Part shown: in pieces, positions 50,088-62,000 of the stretch
Layout of the letters: every line of letters begins with the position of its first letter
Numbering within the stretch: the first letter of the stretch is position 1
DNA from: Hypanus sabinus
Lineage: Eukaryota
Direction: 5' to 3'
Length of the DNA: 64,000 bases
Assembly: GCF_030144855.1 (NCBI RefSeq)
Contig: NC_082728.1
Location: 33,108,001 to 33,172,000, forward strand
Notes under the pieces: model-generated
Seen by the model: the letters and a program-made list of their open reading frames with translations, nothing else
Databases searched by the model: none
What the model was told of the DNA's origin: nothing
Made by a program: the position numbers and the translations under genes

Positions 50088-53000
50088 ACATAGAAACATA
50101 GAAAATAGGTGCAGGAGTTGGCCATTCGGCCCTTCGAGCCTGCACCGCCATTCAGTATGATCATGGCTGATCATCCAACTCAGAACCCTGTACCTGCTTT
50201 CTCTCCATACCCCGTGATCCCTTTAGCCACAAGGGCCATATCTAACTTTGTCTTAAACATAGTGAATGAACCGGCCTCAACTGTTTCCTATGGCAGAGAA
50301 TTCCACAGATTCACCACTTTCTGTGTGAAGAAGTTTTTCTTCATCTCGGTCCGAAAAGGCTTCTCCTTTGTCCTTAAACTGTGACCCCTCATTCTGGACT
50401 TCCCCAACATCAGAAACAATCTTCCTGCATCTAGTCTGTCCAATCCCTTTAGAATTTTATACATTTCAATAAGATCCCCCCCTCAATCTTCTAAATTCCA
50501 TTGAGTATAAGCCTAGTCAATCCAGTCTTTCTTCATATGAAAGTCCTGCCATCCCAGGAATCAATCTGGTGAACCTTCTTTGTACTCCCTCTAAGGCAAG
50601 AATGTCTTTCCTCAGATTAGGGGATCAAAACTGCACACAGTACTCCAGGTGCAGTTTCTCCAAGGCCTTGGACAACTGCAGTAGAACCTCCCTGCTCCTG
50701 TACTCAAATCCTTTTGCTATGAATGCCAACATACCATTTGCCTTTTTCACCGCCTGCTGTACCTCCATGCACACCTTCAATGACTGGTGTACAATGACAC
50801 CCAGGTCTCGTTGCACCTCCCCTTTTCCTGATCGGCCACCGTTCAGATAATAATCTTTTTTCCTGTTCTTGCAACCAAAGTGGATAACCTCACATTTATT
50901 TACATTAAATTGCATCTTCCATGAATTTTCCCACTCACCTAACCTATCCAACTCACCCTGCATCTTCTTAGCATCCTCCTCACAGCTAACACCGCCGCCC
51001 AGCTTCTTGTCATCCGCAAACTTGGAGATGCTGCATTTAATTCCCTCCTCTAAATCATTAATATATATTGTAAACAACTGGGGTCCCAGCACTGAGCCTT
51101 GCAGTACCCCACTAGTCACTGCCTACCATTCTGTAAAGGACCCGTTTACCCCGTTTGCTTCCTGTCTGCCAACCAATTCTCTATCCATATCAATATCATA
51201 CCCCCAATACCGTGTGCTTTAAGCTTGCACACTAATCTCCTGTGTGTGACCTTGTCGAAAGCCTTTTGAAAATCTAAATATACCACATCCACTGGTTCTC
51301 CCCATCCACTCTACTAGTTACATCTTCAAAAAATTCTATGAGATTCGTCAGACATGATTTTCCTTTCACAAATCCATGCTGACTTTGTCCGATGATTTCA
51401 CCTCTTTCCAAATGTGCTTTTATCACATCATTGATAACCGACTCTAGCATTTTCCCCACCACCGATGTCAGACTAACCGGTCTATAATTCCCCGGTTTCT
51501 CTCTCCCTCCTTTTTTAAAAAGTGGGGTTACATTAGCCACCTTCCAATCCTCAGGAACTAATCCAGAATCTAAGGAGTTTTGATAAATTATCACTATTGC
51601 ATCCACTATTGCAGACCATCTGGCCCTGGGGATTTATCTGCCTTTAATCCCTTCAATTTACCTAACACCACTTCGCTACTAACATGTATTTCCCTCAGTT
51701 CCTCCATCTCACTAGACCCACGGTCCCCTACTATTTCTGGAAGATTATTTATATCCTCCTTAGTGAACCAAAGTAGTTATTCAATTGGTCTGCCATGTCC
51801 TTGTTCCCTATGATCAATTCACCTGTTTCTGACTGTAAGGGACCTACATTCGTCTTGACCAATCTTTTTCTTTTCACATATCTATAAAAGCTTTTACAGT
51901 CATTTTTTATGTTCCCTGCCAGCTTTCTCTCACAATCTTTTTTCCCTTTCCTAATTATCCCTTTGTCCTCCTCTGCTGGTCTCTGTATTTCTCCCAGTCC
52001 TCAGGTGTGCTGCTTTTTTTGCTAATTTATATGTTTCTTCTTTTGACTTGATAATATCCCTAATTTCCCTTGTCAGCAATGGGTGCACTACCTTCCCTCA
52101 TTTATTCTTTTGCCAAACTGGGTTGAACAATTGCTGCAGTTCATCCATGCAATCTTTAAATGCTCTCCATTGCATATCCACTGTCAACCCTTTAAGTATC
52201 ATTTGCCCGTCTATCTTAGCTAATTCACATCTCATACCTTCAAAGTTACCCTTCTTTAAGTTCAGAACCTTTGTTTCTGAATTAACTATGTCACTCTCCA
52301 ACTTAATGAAGAATTCCACCATATTATGGTCACTCTTACCCAAGGGGCCTCGCACGACAAGATTGCTAACTAATCCTTCCTCATTGCTCAATACCCAATC
52401 TGGAATGGCCTGCTCTCTAGTTGTTTCCTCGACATGTTGGTTCAGAAAACCATCCCGCATACATTCCAAGAAATCCTCTTCCTCAGCACCCTTACCAATT
52501 TGGTTCACCCAACCTATATGTAGATTGAAGTCACCCATTATAACTACTGTTCCTTTATTGCACGCATTTCTAATTTCCTGTTTAATGCCATCCCCAACCT
52601 CACTACTACTGTTAGGTGGCCTGTACACAACTCCCACCAGTGTTTTCTGCCCCTTAGTGTTATGCAGTTCTACCCATATTGATTCCACATCCTCCAGGCT
52701 AATGTCCTTCCTTTCTATTGCATTAATCTCCTCTCTAACCAGCAATGCTACCCCACCTCCTTTTCTTTTCTGTCTGTCCCTACTGAATATTGAATATCCC
52801 TGGATGTTGAGCTGCCATCCTTGGTCACCCTGGAGCCATGTCTCTGATCCCAACTATATCATATTCATTAATAACTATCTGCACATTCAATTCATCCACC
52901 TTGTTACGAATGCTCCTCACATTGACACACAAAGCCTTCAGGCTTGTTTTTCCAACACTCTTAGCCCTTATACAATTATGCTGAAAAGTGGCCCTTTTTG

Positions 53001-53345
53001 CTTTTTGCCCTGGATTTGCCTGCCTGCCACTTTTACTTTTCACCTTACTACTTTTTGCTTCTACCCTCATTTTACACCTCTTTGTCTCTCTGCATTTGTT
53101 CCCATCCCCCTGTCACGTTAGTTTAAATCCTCCTGAACAGCAGAAGCAAACGCTCCCCCTAGGACATTGGTTCCAGTCCAGCTCAGGTGCAGACCGTCCT
53201 GTTTATACCGGTCCCACCTCCCCCTGAACTGGTTCCAACGTCCCTGAAATTTGAATCCCTCCCCCTTGCACCATTTTTCAAGCCACGTATTCATCTGAAA
53301 TATCCTCCTATTTCTACTCTGACCAGCACGTGGGACTGGTAGTGC
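50088..53345 (-). mobile_element. CR1-type LINE (end of ORF1 esterase, APE, RT, 3' tail)
   Basis: RNRRIFQMNTWLEKWC; SETWL..VYRPP..MGDFN..SDHN; NYRPVSLTSVVGK; QGSVLGP..KFADD; (TTTCTATG)n tail. Confidence 0.95.
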
Positions 53346-53859
53346 CACGAAAGACCATGAAACTTGCTGGAAACTTTTTGCTTCCTCCACCGTTGGCTTC
53401 TGATACACATTTATTACAGATTTTATTCTTCCCAACTTCTTAACCCCCTTTCTCTTTCTCTCCTTCAAATACCTCTAAATATCCACCACTTTGGACCAGT
53501 TATTTCTTCACATGGGATATTGTCTTCATCTTTAGATCAGTGTCAGATTTCATTATAATTCTGTCCATGTTGAGATGTTTTGCTGTTAAATTGCTTATAT
53601 TGTGTAGAGAATATGTGATGGTATTGCGAGAGAACAGGACTGAGGTCAACAATGGCCACTTATACATTATATTGCTTATGATTGATGCTCTTTAGACTCT
53701 TTTATGAAAAATGGTCACTCAGTTAAGTGTGGTGGGTGCTGCAGTCTTACCCTAGCTAAACTTGGAATGGAGAAAGACGGATTGGTAAAAGTGTGAATGG
53801 GTCTTTATAGAATGGAATGGAGAATAGAACCTTCAAAAACTGCTATGTAACACCAGTTT

Positions 53860-55640
53860 TAGAGTCTTTGAAGTAGCATAGTCTGACCTGGGACAATCAG
53901 TGTAGCTTTATGAGGGGGGAGGTCATGCCTCATGAACCTGAGTGACATTTTTGAGGAAGTGACAAAACAAATTGATGAAGATGGAGTGATGCATTTGATG
54001 TTTATAGATTTAGTAAGGCACCAAAAAAGCTTCTCCGTGGTAGGCTCTTTCAGAAAAGCAAGGAAGGAAGTGATCTAGGAAAGCTTGCCTGTATGGATTC
54101 TGAATTAGCTTCCCTATAAAAGTCAGATTGTGGTTGTAGATGGATTGTCCTCTGTCTGAAGATTGGTAACAAGTGGAATTCCCGGGGACCTGTTATGGGA
54201 CCCCTACTCTTCGTGATTTTTATAGATGACTTGGATGAGGAAATAGAAGGGTGGGTTAATAATTTTTCAGATTACACAACGATTGGTGGTATTGTGGATA
54301 GGGTAGAGGTTGTCATAGATTACAATGGGACATTGACAGAATATAGGGCTGGACTGATGAACTGAGATGTGGCAGATGGAATTCAATTCAGAAGAGTGTC
54401 CAGTGATTCACTTGGGAAGGGCAAACTTGAAGGCAAGGTACAGTGCTAATGGCAGGACTTTTAACAGTGTTAAGGATCAGAGGGATCTAGGGGTGCACAT
54501 GCATAGACCCTTTAGAGTTATCATGCAAGTTGATAGGGTGGTCAAGGTGTATGTTGTGTTGGCCTTCATTATTTGGAGGATTGATTTCATGAACCACAGG
54601 ATAATGTTTCAGCTCCATAAAACTCTGGTTAGACCACACTTGGAGTATTGTGTTCAGTCTGGTCATCTTGTCTCAGGAAGGAAATGGAAGCTTTAGAGAG
54701 GGTGCAGAGGATGCTGACTACACTAGAGTGCAGGTCTTATAAAGAAAAGTTGAGCAAGCTAGGACTTTTCACTTTGGAGCAAAGAAGAATGAGAGGCAAC
54801 TTTATTCAGGAGAATGAGTGTCAGCAACTCTAAATTCCTCAGTGTTATCATTTCAGAGATTGATGCACTATCAATAACTCGAGGAGACTGGAAGTAGAGT
54901 AAATAACGATAGGCTTTTATTAACAGTGAAAACGGAGAACGACCATGTTGAAGACTGTGCAAGGGGCAGTGTCCCAATCACAGGAGCAGTCAGCACAGCC
55001 GCGTGTCCAGACAGGTATATATGGTTTACAACAGAGGACCTATGCTTGACCCAGCATGTAAATACAATTACAAAGAAAGCACCACAATACCCCTATTTCC
55101 TTACAACTTCAATGAACTGTTCCACGACCTATGGAATCACTTTCAAGGACTCTTCATCTCTTGTTCTCCACTTGATGTAATTATTTATTTCATTTCTGTT
55201 TGCCCAGTTTTTGTCTGTTGCACATTGGTTGTTTGTCCTTGTTGTTGGATACGGTGTTTCATTGATTCTGTTTTGTTTCTTGGATTTACTGTGTATGCCC
55301 GGAAGAAAATCAGCTCAGTATTGTACATGTGACATATGTGTTTTTTGATAATAAATTTACTTTGAAGGTAATGGTGTATAAGATAAGAGATGTAGATCAA
55401 GTAGACAGCCCGTAACTTTTTCCCAAGGCAGTAATGGCTAATATGAGACAGATTACCTTTTAAGTGATGTAGGAATTTGTAGGGGGTGTCTGTTGGTGGT
55501 AGGTTTTATTTACACACAAAGTGGTGAATGTGTGGAACAAACACACTGCCAGGATGGTGGTAGAGGCAGATACTTTAGAAAAGTTAAAGAGATTCTTAGA
55601 TGTCCTTTGCATGAACGAAAAATAGAGAGTTATGTGGGAG
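53860..55640 (+). mobile_element. Degenerate CR1 RT and 3' region with nested short inserts
   Basis: WQMEFNSEEC..QRDLGV..KTLVRPHLEYCVQ; interrupted at about 54820-55390. Confidence 0.75.
54843..55033 (-). mobile_element. Short solo-LTR-like element
   Basis: TGTTATC...TACAACA termini; AATAAA on the minus strand; no TSD confirmed. Confidence 0.45.
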
Positions 55641-55769
55641 GGAAGAGTTAGGTTGATGTTGGGGTAGGCTGAAAAGTGAACACAACATCATGGGCCAAAT
55701 GCCCGGACTGTGCTATAGTGTTTGATGTTCTATGTTCTTTGTTTTCACTGACCAGAATTAATAGTCTAC

Positions 55770-55895
55770 CTTTAGAAAACTTATTCTTGCAGTAAAAAAC
55801 TGCTATGCACAGCAGTATTAAGAACACCAAGGAGAGAATAACACCCACAAGTATTCTAACGTCATCCAATAGTTGCTGAGGAATTGCTTCAACTT
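55770..55895 (-). CDS. Transmembrane exon of a second type I membrane-protein gene
   Basis: TTTTCCATTGCAG acceptor, GTAGAC donor, 126 bp phase 1-1: VEAIPQQLLDDVRILVGVILSLVFLILLCIAVFYCKNKFSK. Confidence 0.85.
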
Positions 55896-56249
55896 CTGCA
55901 ATGGAAAATAAATAATTAAATTGTCTGAAAATGTAGAATTTACATTCTGTAGCACAAAAATGTAAACTTAATATTTAATTTTGTAATTGACTATGTACAA
56001 TATCAATTCATGAGATAACTGCCCTGAGCCAAGTAAACTGTGTGTTAGTCTTAGGATACATAGGTTACATTGAATTGGGAATTTTAGACAAGCCAAATAC
56101 GCTCATGCTCAGCTGCAACTTGTGCGCGTTATTGCAAATGATTCTTTGAGGCATGGGAAACATGAACCATATTAATGGGGATTCAACTTGATGGGAATTT
56201 CAGCTTTGGAGGGTTTCAATGTAATTATAAATTTAAAAAGAACTAAATC

Positions 56250-57350
56250 ATGGAACACTGCTATCAAAAAGGTCCTCACAAGTCCAGAGTATAGACAGGA
56301 TAGGGACACCTGGAAGATGCATCAGATCTGATCCACAACATTCTAAAGAGGGAAGGTGAGCAGCCAGAAGTCTTGGTACCTGTTTGCACCAATAACATAG
56401 GAAGGAAAAGAGAGGAAGTCCTTGAGATGATTTAGGGAGCTTGGTAGAAAGCAGGAAACTGTCCAGGTTTTCACAGGTTAGCAAGATAGGTGGAGGGGCA
56501 AGTAGTGTTGTTGAAGCAGGGAGGTTGCAGTAGGATTTAGACAGATTCGGAGAATGATCAAAGATGTTGTAATCAGAATACAGTCTCAGGAAGTGCAAGG
56601 TCATGCTCTTTGGTAAAAGGAACAAAAGCCCTGACTATTTTCTAAACGGGGAGAAAATTCAAAAATCCAAGGTGCAAAGGGACTTGGGAGACCTCACGCA
56701 GGAGTCCCTAAAGATTAATTTGCAGGTTAAGTTTGTGGTGAGGAAGGCAAATGCAATGTTAGCATTCATTTCCAGACGACTAGAATAAAAGAGCAAGGAT
56801 GTAATGCTGATCATTTATAAGGCACTGGTGAGGCCTCACTTGGAAAATTGAGAGCAGTTTTGGGCTCCTTATACAAGAGTCGATGTGTTGACATTGAAGA
56901 GGGTTCCGAGGATGTTTATGAGAATGTTTCCAGGAATGATCAGGTTATCCTATGAGGAGTGTTTGTTGGCTCTGTGCCTGCATTCACTGGAATTTGGAAG
57001 AATTGGGGTGATCTCATTGAAACCTATCGAATGTTGACAAGCCAAGATAGAGTGGCTGTGGAGTATACGCTTCCTACAGTGGTGAGTCTATGACCAGAGA
57101 TCCAGTCTCAGAATAGTGGGATGTCCATTTAGAATGGTTGTTGAATCTGGGCAATTCATTGCCACAGATGGCTGTGGAAGCCAGATCATTGGGTGTATTT
57201 CAGGCAGAAGTTGATAAACTCTTCATTAGTCAGGGCATGAAAGGTTGTGGGGAGAAGGCAGGAGTATAGTGTTGAGAAAGAAATAGATCAGCCATGGTGA
57301 AATGCTGGAACAGACTTGATGGGTGGAATGGCTTAATTCTGCTCCTATGT
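56250..57350 (+). mobile_element. Internally deleted CR1 (ORF1 esterase joined to late RT)
   Basis: EGEQPEVLV..TNNIGRK is joined near 56460 to VQRDLG..KANAMLAFISR. Confidence 0.7.
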
Positions 57351-58228
57351 CTTATTGTCGCATTGTCTTATGGAATATTCAAGATGGTGGCTACTTAACA
57401 AACAATTTAAGATCCATCGCTAGGCAAGATCTTAGGTCGGCTCACTGCAGTAGTTTCTATTTTACCATTAAACTGAATAGTGTTTCCAGCAACACAAGTG
57501 GAGCAGAAATAACGCAAGCATTTTAAATATAATTACAAAACAAGAACAAAAATCCTATTAAAATTATTCCACATGTTATAAGGAATACAAAATATAATTA
57601 TATGCAGTAAATCATGCAGATGTACACGGTGGCCATTTCACTAGAAACTGTACACCTGCTGTATGCCAGACAGTGGAATGACTGTTGGTGTCAGATGGGG
57701 TGATTTGAGTATCTCTGAATCTGCTGATCTGGCATTTTCATGCACAGCAGTCTCAAGAGTTCACAGACAATGGTGCAAAAAACAAAGCGTCCATTGAGTG
57801 GCAGTTTTGTAGGTGAAAAACCCTTATCAATGGGAGAGGTTAGAGGAGAAAGTCCCAAAATTCCAGATTGGTTCACCCTGACAGGAAGGTGGCAGGAACT
57901 CAAAAAATCTTACATTACAACAGTAGGGTGCAGAAGAGTGTCTCTGAATATACAACACATCAAACCTTAAAGTGGATGGGCTACAGCAGGTGAAGACCAC
58001 AAACATACACTCATTGAATGTGCATAATTTGGTAGTTTGGGACAATGCAGAACTGAGAGGAGTTATAATTGTTGAGTTCACTATTTCTGCCCACTATAAA
58101 TATGATTTTTGAGGTATGATTCAAATACCCATTACAATGATTCACACAAGGGAGCTTCATGATCTTTGACATTCCTGATCATTTATTTATTTCAAACTGA
58201 TCATCAAGTTCCATTAAGCAACTGCATG

Positions 58229-58550
58229 TGTTACGTATTCAGGCAACAATAAATATATGAGTTCGGCAAGGGTTTCTTATAACAAACAACACGTTTATTA
58301 AACACCGAAAACAAACCCCCCAAAAGTAAACAAACACTACCGTAACCGGAAACAGCTGCTGAGCGGCAGCCCAAACAGTTCTTAAAGTGATATTGCAAAA
58401 ACAGTTCTTTAAAAGTGATATTGCAAAAACAGTTCATAAAAGGGGTATTGCCAAAAGTTCGATATGCTCACAGTCCATTTAAAAAGAGAGACTTTATAGG
58501 ACGATTTAGGTTCTCTTTCACGTCGCTTGCTCCGATCCCAATCAGCCGAG
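58229..58550 (-). mobile_element. Partial second copy of the Gmr1-type LTR
   Basis: TGTTACGTATTCAGGCAACAATAAATATATGAG.. duplicates 59045 onward. Confidence 0.85.
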
Positions 58551-58551
58551 C

Positions 58552-59044
58552 GTCAGAACCACTTTAACACTGGAAAAAAATTTGAAAATTATAAGCAGCG
58601 TGGCATCAGGTAAAGGTAGCACAGCTCTAGGACGCTACTGCTGAGAACAGAATCTTGCCTTTAAAGTTCTTCTGTTGCTTGAGAATGCGCCAGGCCAGCC
58701 TAAACATTTGGGCAGCATTCATCGTAATATAATAGTGCGTTTCCTGCCGCCTAACACAACATCACTGATTCAACCACTCGACCAAGGTGTGATCCACATT
58801 CAAGTTTTTTTTTACGCCAAACTATCTCTCAGATGCTGCAAGCAACAGACGATTATCAAAATCCCGGGAGTTTACCAACGGTGAGGGAATGGTGGAAGTC
58901 GGAATACTTGGCACAAATGGTGATGGACCTGAACCCAATTTTAGAATGGAGTCAGCATTTCAGTGGTTCTCTACCATTAACCCTTCTTCCCACAAGCAAA
59001 TTTATGCTGAAAAACAAAATGCTGCCAAGCAAACAACCCTCACC
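58552..59044 (+). mobile_element. Deleted Tigger/pogo transposase remnant
   Basis: TTLTLEK..KII (CENP-B HTH-like) followed by LLENAPGQP..FLPPNTTSLIQPLDQGVI (DDE_1). Confidence 0.75.
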
Positions 59045-62000
59045 TGTTACGTATTCAGGCAACAATAAATATATGAGTTCGGCAAGGGTTTATACAACAA
59101 ATAACACTTTTATTAAACACTGAAACAAACTCCTCAAAAGTAAACAAACACTAACGTAACCAGAAACAGCTGCTGCGTGGCATCTTGAATAGTTCTTAAA
59201 ACGATGTTGCAAAAACAGTTCTTTAAAGTAGTATTGCCAAAAGTTCAAAAATGCTCACAGTCCATTTAAAGGAGAGACTTTATAAGACGATTTAAATTCT
59301 CTTTCACGTCGTTTTGCTTCGATCCCCAACGTCGAACTTTTCCCACGAAGAATTTACGAAATGAAACGGCTTAAAGGCACTGACCTTTCCTTTATCACAC
59401 TGTCCTCAATCTTCTGCTATCCCACAGAGATTAACATGAGAACAGTCAACGAATTCCTTTCAAATAAGGATTAAATCAGGTTGAACCCGTTTCACCGTCG
59501 AAATAGATTCTCCTCGATCTTTAACTCCCTAACTCCAATCTTCACTCTCCACTGATTTCTGAACTAGCAATATTGTAAAGAATCTGCTGGCAATGACCTT
59601 TTAAATTTTAGGCATTAGATAAAACTTCATCTTTCAACTAAACTGCGTCATCTCATTAAATCAAGCAGTGGCATGAAGTCAACTTGGCAAATCCAGCCAC
59701 GAACTGCCCCTCCTCACAGGGTGGGGTCTTCCTTTTATAACCTGTAAAAAAACCTGTCACATGATCTCTACTGGCGGGAAAATGACATCACTCCACCATC
59801 ACAAGACCATTACCGCAAGTCCAGTATAGCTTCAACCCGAGTCACGTGACAAGTGTACCACTGTCATGTGTCCCAAGTACGTAACACCTCCATCAAAAAA
59901 AAAACATTTTTGGTCTGACAAGAACAAAAATTATTTACAAGAAAAACAAATATATAAATATTATAACATACACAATATACAATACCATCATATAACATCT
60001 TACAATACAATAGGAGTGTTACAATTGAAAAAAAACACTCCATAAAAAAATTGCACTGTACATTCAACATCGAGATAGACAATCAGCAACCACATTACCT
60101 TTACCTTTAATATGTTATCACAATATTGTACTCTTGTAACATCAAACTCCAATTTAATAATCTTCTGTTTTTGTTTTTCATCTTACTCAGAAAAACTAAC
60201 GGATTATGATCAGAGTAAACAACAAGTGGTTTTTGAGTTGTACCACCATATACCTCAAAATATTCCAAAGCTGAAACAAGAGATAACAATTCTCTCTCTA
60301 TTGTCGAATAGCTTCTTTGATGCTTATTAAATTTCTTAGAAAAGTAAGCTACTGGATGATCAACCTCATCACCCTCAATCCTTTGCATTAATACTGCTCC
60401 TGCAGCCTCATCACTAGCATCCACAGCCAATGAAAAAGGTTTTTAAAAGTCAGGTGCCTTAAGCACAGGTTGTTGACATATCATTATTTTCAATTTTTCA
60501 AATGCTTCTTGACAAGGCACTGTCCACACAAACTTCACATTCTTCTGCAGAAGGTTAGTTAATGGAAGGGCAACAATAGCAAAATTCTTACAAAATTTTC
60601 GATAATATCCTATCATTCCCAAAAATCTTCTGAGAGTTTTTTTCCCAGTTGGAGAGGGAATCTCTAAAATTGCCTGAACTTTTGCCTGAACAGGAGCTAC
60701 CTTACCTTGACCCACAACATAACCAAGGTAAATCACAGTGGCATGTCCAAATTCACTCTTAGCTAAATTAATAGTTAAGTTAGCTTTTGAAAGCCTTTCA
60801 AACAATTTCTCCACCGCAATAATGTGCGCTTCCCAAGTATCATTTCCTGTCACTAAGTCATCAATATAAGCATCAGTATCTTTCAATCCCTGAATCACAG
60901 AGTTAATCATCCTCTGGAAAGTACCTGGGGCATTCTTCATCCCAAATGGAAGAACATTATACTCATATAACCCAGATGGAGTTACAAATGCAGAAATCTC
61001 TCTACCTCAGTCCGTTAATGGAAGACACCAATACCCTTTCAATAAATCAATCCTTGTAAGGAACTTTGCTTTTCCAACTTTATCTACACAATCATCTATT
61101 CTAGGAATTGGATATGCATCTGTTTTCGTTACAGCATTCACCTTCCTATAGTCCGTACAAACCCTAATACTACCATCTGGTTTTGGCACCATAACACATG
61201 GTGAACTCCAATTCAAGTTAGAATGTCTAATAATATTATTCTCTACCATATATTCAATTTCTTTCTCAGCAAGTTCACATTTTTCCATGTTCATCCTATA
61301 TGGATGTTGTTTAATAGGTTTGGCATCTCCAAAATCTACATCATGTGAATCTATAGTAGTCCTTCTCGGAACATCTGGAAACAACTCCTTATATTTAAAA
61401 ATTAATTCCTTCATCTGTTGTTTCTGCTCTAGCTGTAAATGTGCTAATTTCTCATCAATATTTTCCAGAATGGTTGAATTTGGTAACCTAGCAGAAACAA
61501 TGTTGGATTTAGAATGAAAGTCAGGTGAATCATCTATCATGTTCCTAGTTAAATCAAACTCATTCTCACTAACCACAACAGTCACAGTATCAGATTGTTT
61601 CCCAAAATATGGTTTTATCATATTTATATGGCAAAGTTGTGTTGACCTTCTACGATCTGGAGTTTTTATCACGTAATCCACATCATTGATTTTAGACACA
61701 ATTTCATAAGGACCATGGCATCTAGCTTGTAAAGGATTTGTCTGCACTGGGAAAAGAACCAACACCTTATCTCCAGGCTTAAACATCCTCTTCCTAGCTT
61801 CTTTATCATACCAAGTCTTCATTTTATCCTGAGCCAACTTTAAATTTTCCTTGGCTAAGCTACAAGCTTTATGTAACCTGTCCTTAAATTTCAACACATA
61901 GTCCACCAAATTAGTGTGTACTTCCTTACTAATCCACTGTTCTTTCAATAAAGCTAAAGGTCCTCTAACTCTATGTCCAAACACGTTCAAATGGACTAAA

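Larger units (their letters stand above)
45592..50436. repeat. Right arm (presumed donor) of the 4.9-kb inverted duplication
   Basis: Its CR1 continues uninterrupted beyond 50436, unlike the left arm. Confidence 0.97.

Noticed and set aside
52048-53121. 357-aa plus-strand ORF
   Set aside because: It lies exactly antisense to the CR1 APE region and has no independent motifs.
53118-53468. ORF with a YQKP motif as the cytoplasmic exon of the second gene
   Set aside because: It is a chimera of unique sequence and CR1 ORF1, with no good phase-1 acceptor for that frame.
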